The notes under the pieces: generated by a model
What the model was told of the DNA's origin: nothing
Databases searched by the model: none
Seen by the model: only the letters and a program-made list of their open reading frames with translations
In this document: in pieces, positions 38,646 to 49,327 of the stretch
Layout: every line of letters begins with the position of its first letter
Position numbering within the stretch: position 1 is the stretch's first letter
Translations under genes and position numbers: made by a program
Assembly: GCA_964441805.1 (NCBI GenBank)
Contig: CAYTVH010000002.1
Location: forward strand, 1-56,710
Length of the DNA: 56,710 bases
Source: an uncultured Oscillospiraceae bacterium
GTDB lineage: Bacteria > Bacillota > Clostridia > Peptostreptococcales > Anaerovoracaceae
Direction: 5' to 3'

Positions 38646-41600
38646 TTATATTTCAAAATCGTCTTCCAGGCTCAATGACAGCACCTTGGAAATACCCTTT
38701 TCAGGCATGGTCACACCGTACAGCACGTCGGCATGTTCCATAGTCGCCTTCTGGTGAGTTACCAGGGTGAACTGTATGTCATAAAACTTTCTCAGACAGT
38801 TGATGAATCTATCGATGTTGGCATCGTCCAGTGCTGCCTCTACCTCGTCCAGAATACAGAAAGGTGTCGGCTTGGCCTTGAGCACCGCAAACATCAGTGC
38901 TATGGCAGTCAGTGTCTTTTCACCACCGGAAAGCAGATTGATGTTCTGCAGTTTCTTGCCCGGCGGCTGCGCAATGATGTCGATGTTGGAATTGAGCGGA
39001 TCATTTTCATCGGAAAGTCTCAGCTCTGCATGACCGCCTCCGAACAGTTCTTGGAACTTTTCTTCGAAGTTGATAACGATCTGATCGAAGCTTTCCTTGA
39101 ACTTGGTCCTGATGGTCTTATCCATATCATCGATGATCTTATTGAGACTGTCCATGGCTTCCTGTATATCAGCCTGCTGAGTTGTCAGGAAGTCATATCG
39201 TTCTTTAACGATCTCATACTCTTCGATGGCACCGATGTTGACTTCGCCCAGTTCTTTCATGCGGTTTTTGATCTGTCTGTTCTCCTTGACCGCAGTGGAC
39301 ATGACGAACTCGTCACTCTTGAATTCCATCGCCTGTATGTATGATATTTCAAAGTCTTCCCACAGCTTGTTCTTATATGTGTCAAGCTGAGTTTCATTTC
39401 TGGCGTTTTTGATCTCCAGCTCGTACTTCTGATTCTGCAGGCTTTCCATCTTGGAGTCCACAGCTTCCTTTTCCGAGTTGATCTTGACCATGCCCCTTGT
39501 CACTTCAGCCTTTTCTTCGGTGACTTCTTCCAGGTAGCTTTCCAGATTCTTCTTTTCTTCTTCCTTGGCTTCGATCAGATCATCGATGTCGCCGTGGCCC
39601 GATGTGATCTTATCTCTTTCTTCCGCCAGCCGGATGATCTGAGCTTCTTTGGCTGCCAGATCGGCATCGATCTCAGCAATGGTGTCTGCGATACGCTGTG
39701 CCATGGAGTCGATGTGTTCCTTGTCGCTTTCACAGCTGCTGACAGCTATCCTTGCAGCAGTTATATCTTCGCTGACTGCATCGAAGGAGCCCTTCATTTC
39801 ATTGTACTCAGCCTGCTTTTCTTCTCCTGCAGTCTCCGCTTCCTTCACCGCCAGCTGATCTTTCTCGATCTTTTCTGTCAGCTCTTTTATCATGGCCTGA
39901 GAATTTTCTTTCTCCGCCTTGATGTTTTCCAGCTCTCTTGCCAGCTTATCTCCGCTGGACTTCATATCCTTCAGAAGATTTTCGGTGAATCTTTCTTCGT
40001 TTTCCTTGACCATCAGCTTGTGCTCAGTCTGTCTGATCTCTTCTTCAAGGGCTCTGATGACTTCACCAAAACCTGTGATGTCATCTCTCAGCTCCGTCAG
40101 TCTGTCACCTGCTGACTTACGCTGTGAAGTCTTCAGGTTTATTTCACTTTCAAGGGCCGCTATTTCAGCCTTTCTGTCGAGGATATTGGCTGTCTTGTTC
40201 TTGTATTTACCGCCTGTGATGGCACCGCCGGCATTGATGACTTCTCCGTCCAGGGTAACGAATCTGAAGCCGCCGGTTTTCTTGGACATCTTGACTGCGT
40301 TGTCCATGTTGTCCACCAGAACTACTCTGCCCAGCAGATATTCTGCGATATTCCTGTATTTACTATCGTACCGGATACAGTCCGGTCCGAATCCGATGAA
40401 ACCTGTTTCGCCTGCCGGACTTTCATCCTTTCTGCCGCCGCCCTTCACTGAGCTTACCGGCAGGAATGTCATACGTCCGGCCTTGTTTGCCTTAAGGGAT
40501 TCTATGGCAGCTTTGGCACTTCTGTCATCGTCACAGACGATATTCTGAAGAGATGCACCAAGAGCTGTCTCGATGGCTGTTTCGTAGCCTGCAGGCACTT
40601 TGATCAGTTCTGCCACTACACCGTGGATGCCTGAAAGACCTGACTTCATAACGTGCTTAACAGCGTAGTTATAGCCTTCGTAGTTGCTTTCCATCTCCTC
40701 GATGGTCTTCTTCCTCGCCGAAAGCTGTCCCAAAGAGATCCTGAGCTCTTCGACCTTCTTGCTGAGGTCACGCTCTTCTCCCTGCTGAGCTGCAAAGTCC
40801 GCACGCTTGGTTTCTGCGCGATCTTTCAGTTCTTCCAAAGTCTCTTCGATTTCTTTCTTTTCTCTCTTGATGTTGTTGAGCTGATCGAGAGTTTCTCTGT
40901 TGCTGTCATCTCCCGAGCCCTTTTCTTCGAGAAGGGAAGACTGCCTTCTTTCCAGTGTTTCCTGGAGCATCTGCAGACTGTTGATTTCAGCTTTGGCTGA
41001 ATTGATACTTCCTGTCAGCTCAAAAATATCATTCTTGTATTTATCCGCCTGTGCCAGCAGCGCAGCCATCTCATCGGAAAGCTGCTCATATCCTGCGATC
41101 TTTTCGCGGAGAGCCCTGCTGACTTCAATGAGTCTGGCATCCAGCTGTTCTTTCTTTTCACGGTATCGGCCGCTGCCTTCCTCTTCCTTTTCCTTCTTGT
41201 CAGACAGCTGCTTTATCTCTTCGCGAAGTCTCACGATGTTATCATCGATGGCAGTGAGCCTTTCCTTATCGATCTGCCCTTTGTTGACCATGGCGTTGAG
41301 CTCTTCGATGGCTGCCAAAAGCTTTTCTCTGGTCTCTACGGAGATGGCTTCCAAAGTCTCGCTCTTGCTTCCGAACTCTGCCGCCTTCTTTTCCAGCTCT
41401 GCCTTCTGTTCTTTTGATGTATCTATGCCTTGCTGAAGTTCAGCCAGGTCGTCTTTCATATATTCATTTTTCAGCTCAAGGTTTTCTATGTTCTTGAGAA
41501 CGATATTGATTTCCAGCTCTTTGTATTTGTCACGAAGTTCGATATATTCCTTGGCCTTGATGCTGTCTTCACGGAGTCCGTCGATACGCCCTTCGATCTC

Positions 41601-42188
41601 GCCGACGATGTCTTTGACTCTCTCCATGTTGGCACCGGTTGCTGCCAGCTTTCTCTCGGATTCAGCCTTCTTGGTCCTGTACATAACGATTCCGGCAGCT
41701 TCTTCGAATATCTCGCGTCTGCTCTCGGTCTTGTTGCTGAGTATATCTGAAATCTTGCCTTGGCCGATGATGGAATATCCGTCTACGCCTATACCTGTGT
41801 CCATGATCAGCTCGCGGATATCACGAAGTCTGCACTGATTCCCGTTGATGTGGTACTCACTTTCACCGGATCTGAACATACGTCTTGTGATGGCAACTTC
41901 TTTGTAATCTATTGGAAGGCTTCCGTCTTCATTATCGATGACCAGGGTGACTTCGGCCATACCCCTTGACTTCCTGCTGGAAGTTCCCGAGAAAATGACT
42001 TCTTCCATCTTGCCGCCTCGCAGCATCTTAGGGCTCTGTTCCCCAAGGACCCATCTGATGGCATCACTGATGTTGCTCTTGCCGCTGCCGTTAGGGCCTA
42101 CGATACAAGTTATCCCTTCATTGAATTCTATCACCACCGGTTCAGCAAAAGACTTGAACCCGTGCATCTCTATTTTCTTAAAATACAT
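38646..42188 (-). CDS. smc: Chromosome segregation protein SMC
   Basis: GFKSF, GPNGSGKSN, hinge GRMTFLP, LSGGE, LDEVEAALD; 1180 aa. Confidence 0.99.
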   Translation of the reverse strand: MYFKKIEMHGFKSFAEPVVIEFNEGITCIVGPNGSGKSNISDAIRWVLGEQSPKMLRGGKMEEVIFSGTSSRKSRGMAEVTLVIDNEDGSLPIDYKEVAITRRMFRSGESEYHINGNQCRLRDIRELIMDTGIGVDGYSIIGQGKISDILSNKTESRREIFEEAAGIVMYRTKKAESERKLAATGANMERVKDIVGEIEGRIDGLREDSIKAKEYIELRDKYKELEINIVLKNIENLELKNEYMKDDLAELQQGIDTSKEQKAELEKKAAEFGSKSETLEAISVETREKLLAAIEELNAMVNKGQIDKERLTAIDDNIVRLREEIKQLSDKKEKEEEGSGRYREKKEQLDARLIEVSRALREKIAGYEQLSDEMAALLAQADKYKNDIFELTGSINSAKAEINSLQMLQETLERRQSSLLEEKGSGDDSNRETLDQLNNIKREKKEIEETLEELKDRAETKRADFAAQQGEERDLSKKVEELRISLGQLSARKKTIEEMESNYEGYNYAVKHVMKSGLSGIHGVVAELIKVPAGYETAIETALGASLQNIVCDDDRSAKAAIESLKANKAGRMTFLPVSSVKGGGRKDESPAGETGFIGFGPDCIRYDSKYRNIAEYLLGRVVLVDNMDNAVKMSKKTGGFRFVTLDGEVINAGGAITGGKYKNKTANILDRKAEIAALESEINLKTSQRKSAGDRLTELRDDITGFGEVIRALEEEIRQTEHKLMVKENEERFTENLLKDMKSSGDKLARELENIKAEKENSQAMIKELTEKIEKDQLAVKEAETAGEEKQAEYNEMKGSFDAVSEDITAARIAVSSCESDKEHIDSMAQRIADTIAEIDADLAAKEAQIIRLAEERDKITSGHGDIDDLIEAKEEEKKNLESYLEEVTEEKAEVTRGMVKINSEKEAVDSKMESLQNQKYELEIKNARNETQLDTYKNKLWEDFEISYIQAMEFKSDEFVMSTAVKENRQIKNRMKELGEVNIGAIEEYEIVKERYDFLTTQQADIQEAMDSLNKIIDDMDKTIRTKFKESFDQIVINFEEKFQELFGGGHAELRLSDENDPLNSNIDIIAQPPGKKLQNINLLSGGEKTLTAIALMFAVLKAKPTPFCILDEVEAALDDANIDRFINCLRKFYDIQFTLVTHQKATMEHADVLYGVTMPEKGISKVLSLSLEDDFEI

Positions 42189-42194
42189 TAGCGT

Positions 42195-42875
42195 TTACCT
42201 TTCGATCATGGCTTCTGCAGCATTCTGCTCAGCCTGTTTTTTGCTCTTTCCCTCACCCGTTGTTTCCGGTCTGCCGTTGACTTCAAGCTGAACTTTGAAA
42301 GTCTTGTCGTGGTCAGGACCGGTCTCCTTGATCAACACATACTTGATGTCTGTTATTCCTTCGTGCTGAAGCTTTTCCTGAAGAGCTGTTTTATAGTCGG
42401 TGATTATGAACTTACCGTTGACAGCATCATCTATGGCTTCACGGAATATATCCAGTACGGATGCCTTGACAGCTTCAAAGCCCCCGTCAAGATATACGGC
42501 ACCTATCACGGCTTCCATGGTATCTGCCAAAATAGACTCTCTGTCACGTCCACCGCTTTTATCTTCGCCGTTTCCCATGAGTATATATCGTCCCAGCTCC
42601 AGTTTTCTTGCGGCCTTGGCGAGGGATTTCTCACATACAAGTGAAGCCCTCACTCGTGACAAAAATCCTTCCTCTTTTTGAGGAAAGATTTTGTACAACT
42701 CTTCGCCTATTATTGCATCAAAGAAAGCATCTCCGAGAAATTCCAGTCTTTCGTTGCTCCTGCTTCCTCTGTTATGCTCCTTGATGTATGAACTATGTGT
42801 AACAGCATTCTCCAAAAGATCTCTATCCGTAAATGTATAACCGATCTTCTCCTCCAGCTGCCTGATATCGCTCAT
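42195..42875 (-). CDS. rnc: Ribonuclease III
   Basis: NERLEFLGDA, DTMEAVIGA, dsRBD DYKTALQE; start moved to ATG 42875. Confidence 0.97.
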   Translation of the reverse strand: MSDIRQLEEKIGYTFTDRDLLENAVTHSSYIKEHNRGSRSNERLEFLGDAFFDAIIGEELYKIFPQKEEGFLSRVRASLVCEKSLAKAARKLELGRYILMGNGEDKSGGRDRESILADTMEAVIGAVYLDGGFEAVKASVLDIFREAIDDAVNGKFIITDYKTALQEKLQHEGITDIKYVLIKETGPDHDKTFKVQLEVNGRPETTGEGKSKKQAEQNAAEAMIER

Positions 42876-42882
42876 CCGCAGT

Positions 42883-43905
42883 TTACTCCTCTTCTTCCAC
42901 TTCAATAGTTTCTGCCAGATCAAGCATGGACTTTCTGATGATTTCCACAACGTTTTCAGATCCGTACGGGATACCCTTGATGATGGCATTCTTCACTGCG
43001 CTGGCAGTGGATGAACCGTGGATCTTGATGACCGCTCCGTTGACACCCAGGATCGGTGCACCGCCGTATTCTTCATAGTCGAATTCAGACTTCAATTCCA
43101 TCAGCTGTTTCTTCAGCATAACTGCTGCAAGCTTGGTCTTGATGTTGGTCATAAGCTTGTTCTTAACAAGCTTTAATATATTCATGGCAAGACCTTCCGT
43201 GAGTTTCAATATAACGTTGCCCACGAAACCGTCGCATACGATAACATCACATACGCTCTTTGGAACTTCTCTGGCTTCCACATTTCCAACGAAATTGAGA
43301 GGAGCCCTCTTAAGTCTCTGATGGGCATCTTTTGTTACGCTGGAGCCTTTGCTTTCTTCAACTCCCAGGTTAACAAGGCCGACTCTCGGATTTGCACGGC
43401 CCCAAACTTTCTCAACGTATATGCTGCCCATGAGACCGTACTCCAGCAGGTTCTGCGCCTTTGCTTCTGAGCTTGCTCCTGCATCCACCAGAAGTGACGG
43501 TTCGTATCCGAGGCATGGATAGATACTGGCAAGAACAGGTCTGTCGATACCATCTATCCTGCCCAGCAGCAGTCTTGATCCTACCACCAGAGCACCGGTA
43601 TTTCCTCCTGAAATCAGCAGATCCCCTTCACCATCTTTTATCATGTTGAGCGCCACCACCAAAGAAGCCTCCGGCTTTCTTCTTATGGCTTTCACCGGGC
43701 TGTCTTCCATGGTAATGACATCATTGGCATTAACTATTTTTATCTTATCTCCCTGATATTTACACCTCTGGAGTTCTTCTTCGATTTCCTTCTGCTTTCC
43801 TACGATCACCAATTCATGATCTATGACAGCAGCAGCTTCCACTGCACCTTTAACGATTTCTGCAGGCGCATTATCGCCGCCCATACCGTCCAGAATTATT
43901 CTCAT
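42883..43905 (-). CDS. plsX: Phosphate acyltransferase PlsX
   Basis: DGMGGDNAP, GNTGA, DGFVGN, GGAPILG, KIHGSS. Confidence 0.97.
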   Translation of the reverse strand: MRIILDGMGGDNAPAEIVKGAVEAAAVIDHELVIVGKQKEIEEELQRCKYQGDKIKIVNANDVITMEDSPVKAIRRKPEASLVVALNMIKDGEGDLLISGGNTGALVVGSRLLLGRIDGIDRPVLASIYPCLGYEPSLLVDAGASSEAKAQNLLEYGLMGSIYVEKVWGRANPRVGLVNLGVEESKGSSVTKDAHQRLKRAPLNFVGNVEAREVPKSVCDVIVCDGFVGNVILKLTEGLAMNILKLVKNKLMTNIKTKLAAVMLKKQLMELKSEFDYEEYGGAPILGVNGAVIKIHGSSTASAVKNAIIKGIPYGSENVVEIIRKSMLDLAETIEVEEEE

Positions 43906-43923
43906 TCGCTCCTCCTATCCGGC

Positions 43924-44580
43924 CTAAGCCTCAAAAATATCCAGGAATTCCTTCACTCTCTTTTCAGGATCTTCTGCTCCGAAAACGGACGACCCTGCAA
44001 CTATCATTTCAACGCCGGCATCTATTACTTCCTTAACGTTATCAAGAGTTATGCCACCGTCGATCTCGATCTTGAAATCCATACCGCATTCTTTCTTGAT
44101 GCTGCTCAGGGCTTTGGCTTTTTCCAGTGCTGACGGAATGAATTTCTGTCCGCCGAAGCCGGGATTTACCGACATTATCAGCACCAGATCCACATCCTCC
44201 AGGATGTAATCGAGAGTTGTAAGTGATGTTGCCGGATTGATTGCCACACCTGCTTTTACTCCCAGAGATTTGATGTGCTGTATGGTTCTGTTGAGATGCA
44301 CGCATGCTTCCTCATGAACCACTATATATTCAGTCTGATCTGTCACGAAATCTTCCAGATACTTGTCGGGATCTTCGATCATCAGATGAACATCAAAAGG
44401 CATGTCCGTCTTGCCCACAAGGCTCTTCATGACTGCTGCGCCGAAGCTGATGTTAGGAACGAAATGTCCGTCCATAACGTCTACGTGTACATAATGTGCC
44501 CCGCCCTTTTCTATCTGCTTGACGCTTTCGCCAAGTCTTGAAAAGTCTGCGGATAATATGGATGGTGCCAACTGTGCCAT
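43924..44580 (-). CDS. rpe: Ribulose-phosphate 3-epimerase
   Basis: PSILSADF, HVDVMDGHFVPN, MSVNPGFGGQ, DGG. Confidence 0.98.
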   Translation of the reverse strand: MAQLAPSILSADFSRLGESVKQIEKGGAHYVHVDVMDGHFVPNISFGAAVMKSLVGKTDMPFDVHLMIEDPDKYLEDFVTDQTEYIVVHEEACVHLNRTIQHIKSLGVKAGVAINPATSLTTLDYILEDVDLVLIMSVNPGFGGQKFIPSALEKAKALSSIKKECGMDFKIEIDGGITLDNVKEVIDAGVEMIVAGSSVFGAEDPEKRVKEFLDIFEA

Positions 44581-44592
44581 TTTCGTTTCCTC

Positions 44593-45516
44593 CTAGTACT
44601 GCTTAGATTCTTTTATTTCATTGAGAAATGCCTTATATGACTCATATCTGCTCATATGGATCTTGCCTTCATCCAATGCTTTGCGAACTTCACATCCCGG
44701 CTCAGCTACATGTCTGCAGTTGTTGTATCTGCAGTTTCCCACGTATTTGGCAATGTCCGGAAACATATGCTGCAGTTCTTCTTCTTCTGCTTCAAGGATA
44801 TCAAAGGATGTGAATCCCGGAGTGTCGAAGATCATAGTGCCTTCTTCCTCATCTATGGTAAAAAGTTCAGAATGTCTTGTGGTGTGCTTGCCTCTCTGGG
44901 ATTTTTCGCTTATGTTTCCTGTCTCAGCCAAGGCTTCAGGTATGAGCCAGTTGAGTATGGTGGATTTACCGACTCCGGAAGGGCCTGCCAGTGCAGTCAC
45001 CTTGCCCTTTATCAGTGATTTAAGTTCATCAAAACCTTCACCGTTCACGCTGTCTATACATACAACGGGATATATCGGACCGTAGATCTGCTTGAGCAGT
45101 TCTATATTTTCTGCAGCTTTTCGCCCTTTAGCCTTTTTTGTATCCTTTGCCAGGTCACACTTGTTTATACATATGACCACGTCTGTAAAGCTCTTTTCCG
45201 CCATGATCAGAAACTTGTCCAGCACCTGCTGTACAGGATCCGGCCTCGCGGCTGCCATAACTATGGCAAAACAATCCACATTGGCAATGAAAGGTCTTAT
45301 GAAGCTGTTTTTTCTTGGGGCTATCTCTGTTATGAGGCTGTCATCGTTATCCGGGATGACTTCCATCATAACGCGGTCCCCTACGGCAGGCTTCATATCC
45401 CTCTGCTTGAAAACACCTCGCGCTTTGCATCTATATACTTTATCGCCGGATTTTACGTAATAAAACCCGGCGATTCCTTTAACTATCAAACCTTTCAAAG
45501 GATCAGTCCCGCTCAT
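44593..45516 (-). CDS. rsgA: Small ribosomal subunit GTPase RsgA
   Basis: NKCD, GPSGVGKST, GKHTT, DTPG, zinc finger CRYNNCRHVAEPGC. Confidence 0.97.
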   Translation of the reverse strand: MSGTDPLKGLIVKGIAGFYYVKSGDKVYRCKARGVFKQRDMKPAVGDRVMMEVIPDNDDSLITEIAPRKNSFIRPFIANVDCFAIVMAAARPDPVQQVLDKFLIMAEKSFTDVVICINKCDLAKDTKKAKGRKAAENIELLKQIYGPIYPVVCIDSVNGEGFDELKSLIKGKVTALAGPSGVGKSTILNWLIPEALAETGNISEKSQRGKHTTRHSELFTIDEEEGTMIFDTPGFTSFDILEAEEEELQHMFPDIAKYVGNCRYNNCRHVAEPGCEVRKALDEGKIHMSRYESYKAFLNEIKESKQY

Positions 45517-45522
45517 ATATCT

Positions 45523-47259
45523 CTACTCGTCTCCTCCTGAAGTCGGAGCCTGTGTTGATTCTTCCGGCTTTTTACCCTTACTTACGATGAGTTTTACCGA
45601 GGTTCCTCTTTCTTTTTGAGCATTGCCCTCATACTGCTGCCACATTACTTCACCGCTGGCATAAGTGCTGCTGTAGTCATAAGAAACTGTTCCCACAGTA
45701 AGGCCTGCATTGAGGATGGCTGATGATGCTTCATTGAGGGTCATGCCTGTTACGAATGGCATTATTGCCTTTGACTTGGAGCCATCACTAACAAACACGT
45801 CGATTGTGGTTCCTTTTTCAGCTTCAGTACCAGGTTTTGGACTCTGATCTATTACTGTGCCTTCGGCTTCTTCTCCCGGTTTTGATTTGATATCACCCAG
45901 CTTGAAACCTGCTGCTTCCAAATATGCACTCAATTCATTTTCATCTTTGCCCGTAAGATCCGGTACAGAACCTTCGCCAAGTCCGATACTGATATTTACT
46001 TTTATGGTGCTTCCTGTCTTTATCTTTGAACCTGGTTCAGGGTCCTGTGAAACGATCTTGCCCTTTTCCACGTCTTCGCTTACGACCTCTTCACCCTTCT
46101 TGATCTTAAGATCGTACTCTTCAGCAGCCTGCTGAGCTTGTTCGATGGTCATGTTCTTGAAGTTAGGAACTTCGACTTCCTTGCCTCCAAACCATCCCAA
46201 TATAAAACCGAGGGCCAGAACCAGCACGATAACGCCGCCTGCTATTGAACCGCCAATGATAGCCATCTTTTTCTTCTTGTCCATTGGCTTTTTGTTCTTG
46301 CTCTTTTTGTCTCTTCCTTTTTCTTCCTCTTCGTAGTAATCTTCACCGTCATCGTAATCGGTTTCTGCGATAGGACCTCTTCCTGCTCCTCTTTTTGGAT
46401 CGTTTCCGCCCATGAGCACTGAGTTGCCAACTACACTTCCAACGAATTCAAGGTTGTTGAGAGCTTCGATAAGTTCATCGGCAGATGCATATCTGTTCAC
46501 AGGATACTTGTCCGTACACTTGAGGATGATGTGTTCCAGTGCAGGAGGTACTCCTCCAATCAGTCTTGAAGGCGGAACCATTTCTCCGTTTATATGCATG
46601 AGTGCGATATTTACAGGGTTGTCTCCGTCAAAAGGAACTCTTCCTGTAAGCATTTCGTACATCACGATACCAAGGGAGTAGATATCGGATTTTTCGTCCA
46701 CATATCCGCCTCTTGCCTGTTCAGGCGAGAAATAATGAACTGATCCGATTATTCCGTCTGTATTGTCAACTATGGTGGCTGCATTCACTGCTTTGGCAAT
46801 ACCGAAGTCAGTGATCTTGGCAGTACCGTTAGGTGTGATCATAACGTTGTGAGGCTTAACGTCTCTATGGATTATATGGTTCTTGTGAGCGAAGCTGAGT
46901 GCTGCTGCGATCTGCTTTGACAGGGCGATCACTTTAGGGTATGACATGGCGCCCTGCTGCTTGATATAATCGCTGAGGGTCCTGCCTTCGATCAGCTCCA
47001 TTACTATGTAGTGGATATTGCCTTCTCTGCCAACATCGTAAATATTAACGATATTTGGATGCGACATGCTCGCAGCCGCCTGAGATTCTCTTCTGAAACT
47101 ATCTATGAATTTATGGTCATTTATGAACTGGGGCTTAAGGATCTTTATCGCTACAAAACGGTTGAGCAGCTTATCCTTTGCTTTGTAAACCACTGACATT
47201 CCGCCTTCGCCTATTCTCTCAAACAGCTCATATCTGCCTGCTAGTACTTTATTGGCCAT
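45523..47259 (-). CDS. pknB: Ser/Thr kinase with three PASTA domains (PrkC/Stk1)
   Basis: GEGGM, HRDVKPHN, DFG, SPEQARG, TM helix, PASTA repeats. Confidence 0.97.
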   Translation of the reverse strand: MANKVLAGRYELFERIGEGGMSVVYKAKDKLLNRFVAIKILKPQFINDHKFIDSFRRESQAAASMSHPNIVNIYDVGREGNIHYIVMELIEGRTLSDYIKQQGAMSYPKVIALSKQIAAALSFAHKNHIIHRDVKPHNVMITPNGTAKITDFGIAKAVNAATIVDNTDGIIGSVHYFSPEQARGGYVDEKSDIYSLGIVMYEMLTGRVPFDGDNPVNIALMHINGEMVPPSRLIGGVPPALEHIILKCTDKYPVNRYASADELIEALNNLEFVGSVVGNSVLMGGNDPKRGAGRGPIAETDYDDGEDYYEEEEKGRDKKSKNKKPMDKKKKMAIIGGSIAGGVIVLVLALGFILGWFGGKEVEVPNFKNMTIEQAQQAAEEYDLKIKKGEEVVSEDVEKGKIVSQDPEPGSKIKTGSTIKVNISIGLGEGSVPDLTGKDENELSAYLEAAGFKLGDIKSKPGEEAEGTVIDQSPKPGTEAEKGTTIDVFVSDGSKSKAIMPFVTGMTLNEASSAILNAGLTVGTVSYDYSSTYASGEVMWQQYEGNAQKERGTSVKLIVSKGKKPEESTQAPTSGGDE

Positions 47260-47276
47260 TTTGTCCTCCTAATCAA

Positions 47277-48005
47277 TCATATCTTTACACAAACAACTGT
47301 GATGTTATCTCTGCCGCCATATCTTATGGCTTCGTCTACCAGAAGTGTACATGTCTCATTCATGCTTTCACCTCTGCCAAGTATCTCCTCCATCACTTCC
47401 TGCGGCACCTCGCCGTGAAGTCCATCGGAGCAAAGCATCAGCACATCACCCTTGGCCAAACTTACCTTGAAAAAATCAGGTTCTGCCATCACTTCCGTTC
47501 CCAATGCCTTGGTTATTACGTTTTTCTGCTTGTGGTTTTCTGCTTCTTCTGCAGTAATTACGCCTTTGTTTATAAGCTCATTGACGTATGTGTGATCTGT
47601 AGTGATCCTGTTGAGTCTTTCGCTTCTGTAGAGGTATGCTCTGCTGTCACCTATATTGGAAACGTAAGCTGTTTCTCCTCTCACATATGCTGCTACAGTA
47701 GTCGTCGCCATACCTCGATTAGCCTCATTCTCCATTCCCATGTTAAAGATGCTGTCGTTGGCGATCTCCAATGCCTCGTAAAAGAACCCGAATATCTCTT
47801 CTGCACTTTGGCATTGTTCTATTCTCTGTTCGTTTACGTATGCTGCTATCTCGCTTACTGCAGTCCGGCTTGCAACCTCTCCTGAACGGTTGCCTCCAAC
47901 TCCGTCCGCGACGATATACACATCATGGCTTGGGATCACGAAACATGCATCTTCATTGTTCTCTCGAACAAGACCCTTATTGCATTTGAATCCTATCTGC
48001 ACCAT
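47277..48005 (-). CDS. stp1: PP2C Ser/Thr phosphatase (Stp1/PrpC)
   Basis: RENNED, VADGVGG, IGDSR, CSDGL, GGRDN. Confidence 0.95.
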   Translation of the reverse strand: MVQIGFKCNKGLVRENNEDACFVIPSHDVYIVADGVGGNRSGEVASRTAVSEIAAYVNEQRIEQCQSAEEIFGFFYEALEIANDSIFNMGMENEANRGMATTTVAAYVRGETAYVSNIGDSRAYLYRSERLNRITTDHTYVNELINKGVITAEEAENHKQKNVITKALGTEVMAEPDFFKVSLAKGDVLMLCSDGLHGEVPQEVMEEILGRGESMNETCTLLVDEAIRYGGRDNITVVCVKI

Positions 48006-48034
48006 TTTTCTTTTGTACCTTTCTGGTTTTGGTT

Positions 48035-49327
48035 CTATATCAAGCTTATTTCCCTCTTCATAACACAGATGTAAAAGCCGTCCGTACCGTCCTTGTTGGG
48101 CAGCAGCTGAAGGTTTTCCACCAGCTTGAATGAAGTGTTTTTCTTGAGAAAAGCATTTGTCACTTTCTCATTTTCTTCAGGATTTATGGTACATGTGCTG
48201 TATACCAGTGTGCCACCCGGCTTGACATATCCCGAAGATGCGGAAAGTATGGCCAGCTGCTTCTTTGGCAGCATATCCATTTCTGATGTACGTTCCTTGT
48301 ACTTTATTTCCGGCTTTCTTCTCACCACGCCCAGACCGGAGCATGGTGCGTCCACCAGTACTCTGTCTGCTTTCTGCAGCATGGATGAGTCCACTCTGGT
48401 GGCATCCCAGGAACGGGTTTCGATGTTTGTTATACCCAGTCTTTTGGCTTCTCTGTCTATCAGATCCAGCTTTCTTCTGTAAATATCCGAGGCTATGATC
48501 CTGCCTGTGTTGTTCATTCTTTCGGCTATGGCTGTAGTCTTGCCGCCGGGAGCGGCGCATACATCCATTATGGTTTCGCCGTGTTTAGGATCCAGCTTTT
48601 CGGCTACCAGCATGGAACTTTCATCCTGAGGGGTGAACATACCCACCTTGTAAAGTTCTGTGTCCAGCAGACCGCTGCCTTTGACATGGATAGCATTTCT
48701 GCTGACTTCTCCTTCTTCCACCTCGAAGCCCTTTTCCTGAAGCTTCTTCATCAAGTCCGGCTTCATAACTTTGAGCCAGTTCATTCTGATGGTGGTAGGC
48801 GGAGTTTCATTGCCTGCCGCCAGCAGCTCTTCCAGCTCATCCACATCATATGCATCACGCCATAATTCTATTATCCACGGTGCGTATGAATACTTCACCG
48901 AGAGATATTTGATCTCATCTTCATTTCTGTCAGGAAGTCTCAGCTGAAGTCGCTTGTTGAGGTACTCTCTGAGAACTCCGTTAACAAGACCTGCCTTACC
49001 TCTGCAGTATCTCTTTGCCAGAACGACACTTTCATTTACCGCTGCATATTCGGGAACGGAATCCATATAACCCAGCTGGTATATGCCCATCCTCAATATG
49101 ATCAGTTCATGACTTCTCAAGCTGTCGATCCCATCCTTCACGAGAAGGTCGATGTAGTGGTCCAAAGTGAGCTTGTTTTCAAGCACTCCATATACCAGTT
49201 CCCTGACAAATCCCTGTGAACTTGGTTTGTTGACGGCTATCTGGTGATTGAGTGCCAGATTTGAGTAGGCCTTCTTTGATTCCACATCCAAAAGTGTAAG
49301 ATACGATGTCTTTCTGTTTACATCCAT
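48035..49327 (-). CDS. rsmB: 16S rRNA m5C967 methyltransferase RsmB/Sun
   Basis: NusB-like N-terminus, QDESS, CAAPGGKT, DAPCSG, YSTCT. Confidence 0.96.
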   Translation of the reverse strand: MDVNRKTSYLTLLDVESKKAYSNLALNHQIAVNKPSSQGFVRELVYGVLENKLTLDHYIDLLVKDGIDSLRSHELIILRMGIYQLGYMDSVPEYAAVNESVVLAKRYCRGKAGLVNGVLREYLNKRLQLRLPDRNEDEIKYLSVKYSYAPWIIELWRDAYDVDELEELLAAGNETPPTTIRMNWLKVMKPDLMKKLQEKGFEVEEGEVSRNAIHVKGSGLLDTELYKVGMFTPQDESSMLVAEKLDPKHGETIMDVCAAPGGKTTAIAERMNNTGRIIASDIYRRKLDLIDREAKRLGITNIETRSWDATRVDSSMLQKADRVLVDAPCSGLGVVRRKPEIKYKERTSEMDMLPKKQLAILSASSGYVKPGGTLVYSTCTINPEENEKVTNAFLKKNTSFKLVENLQLLPNKDGTDGFYICVMKREISLI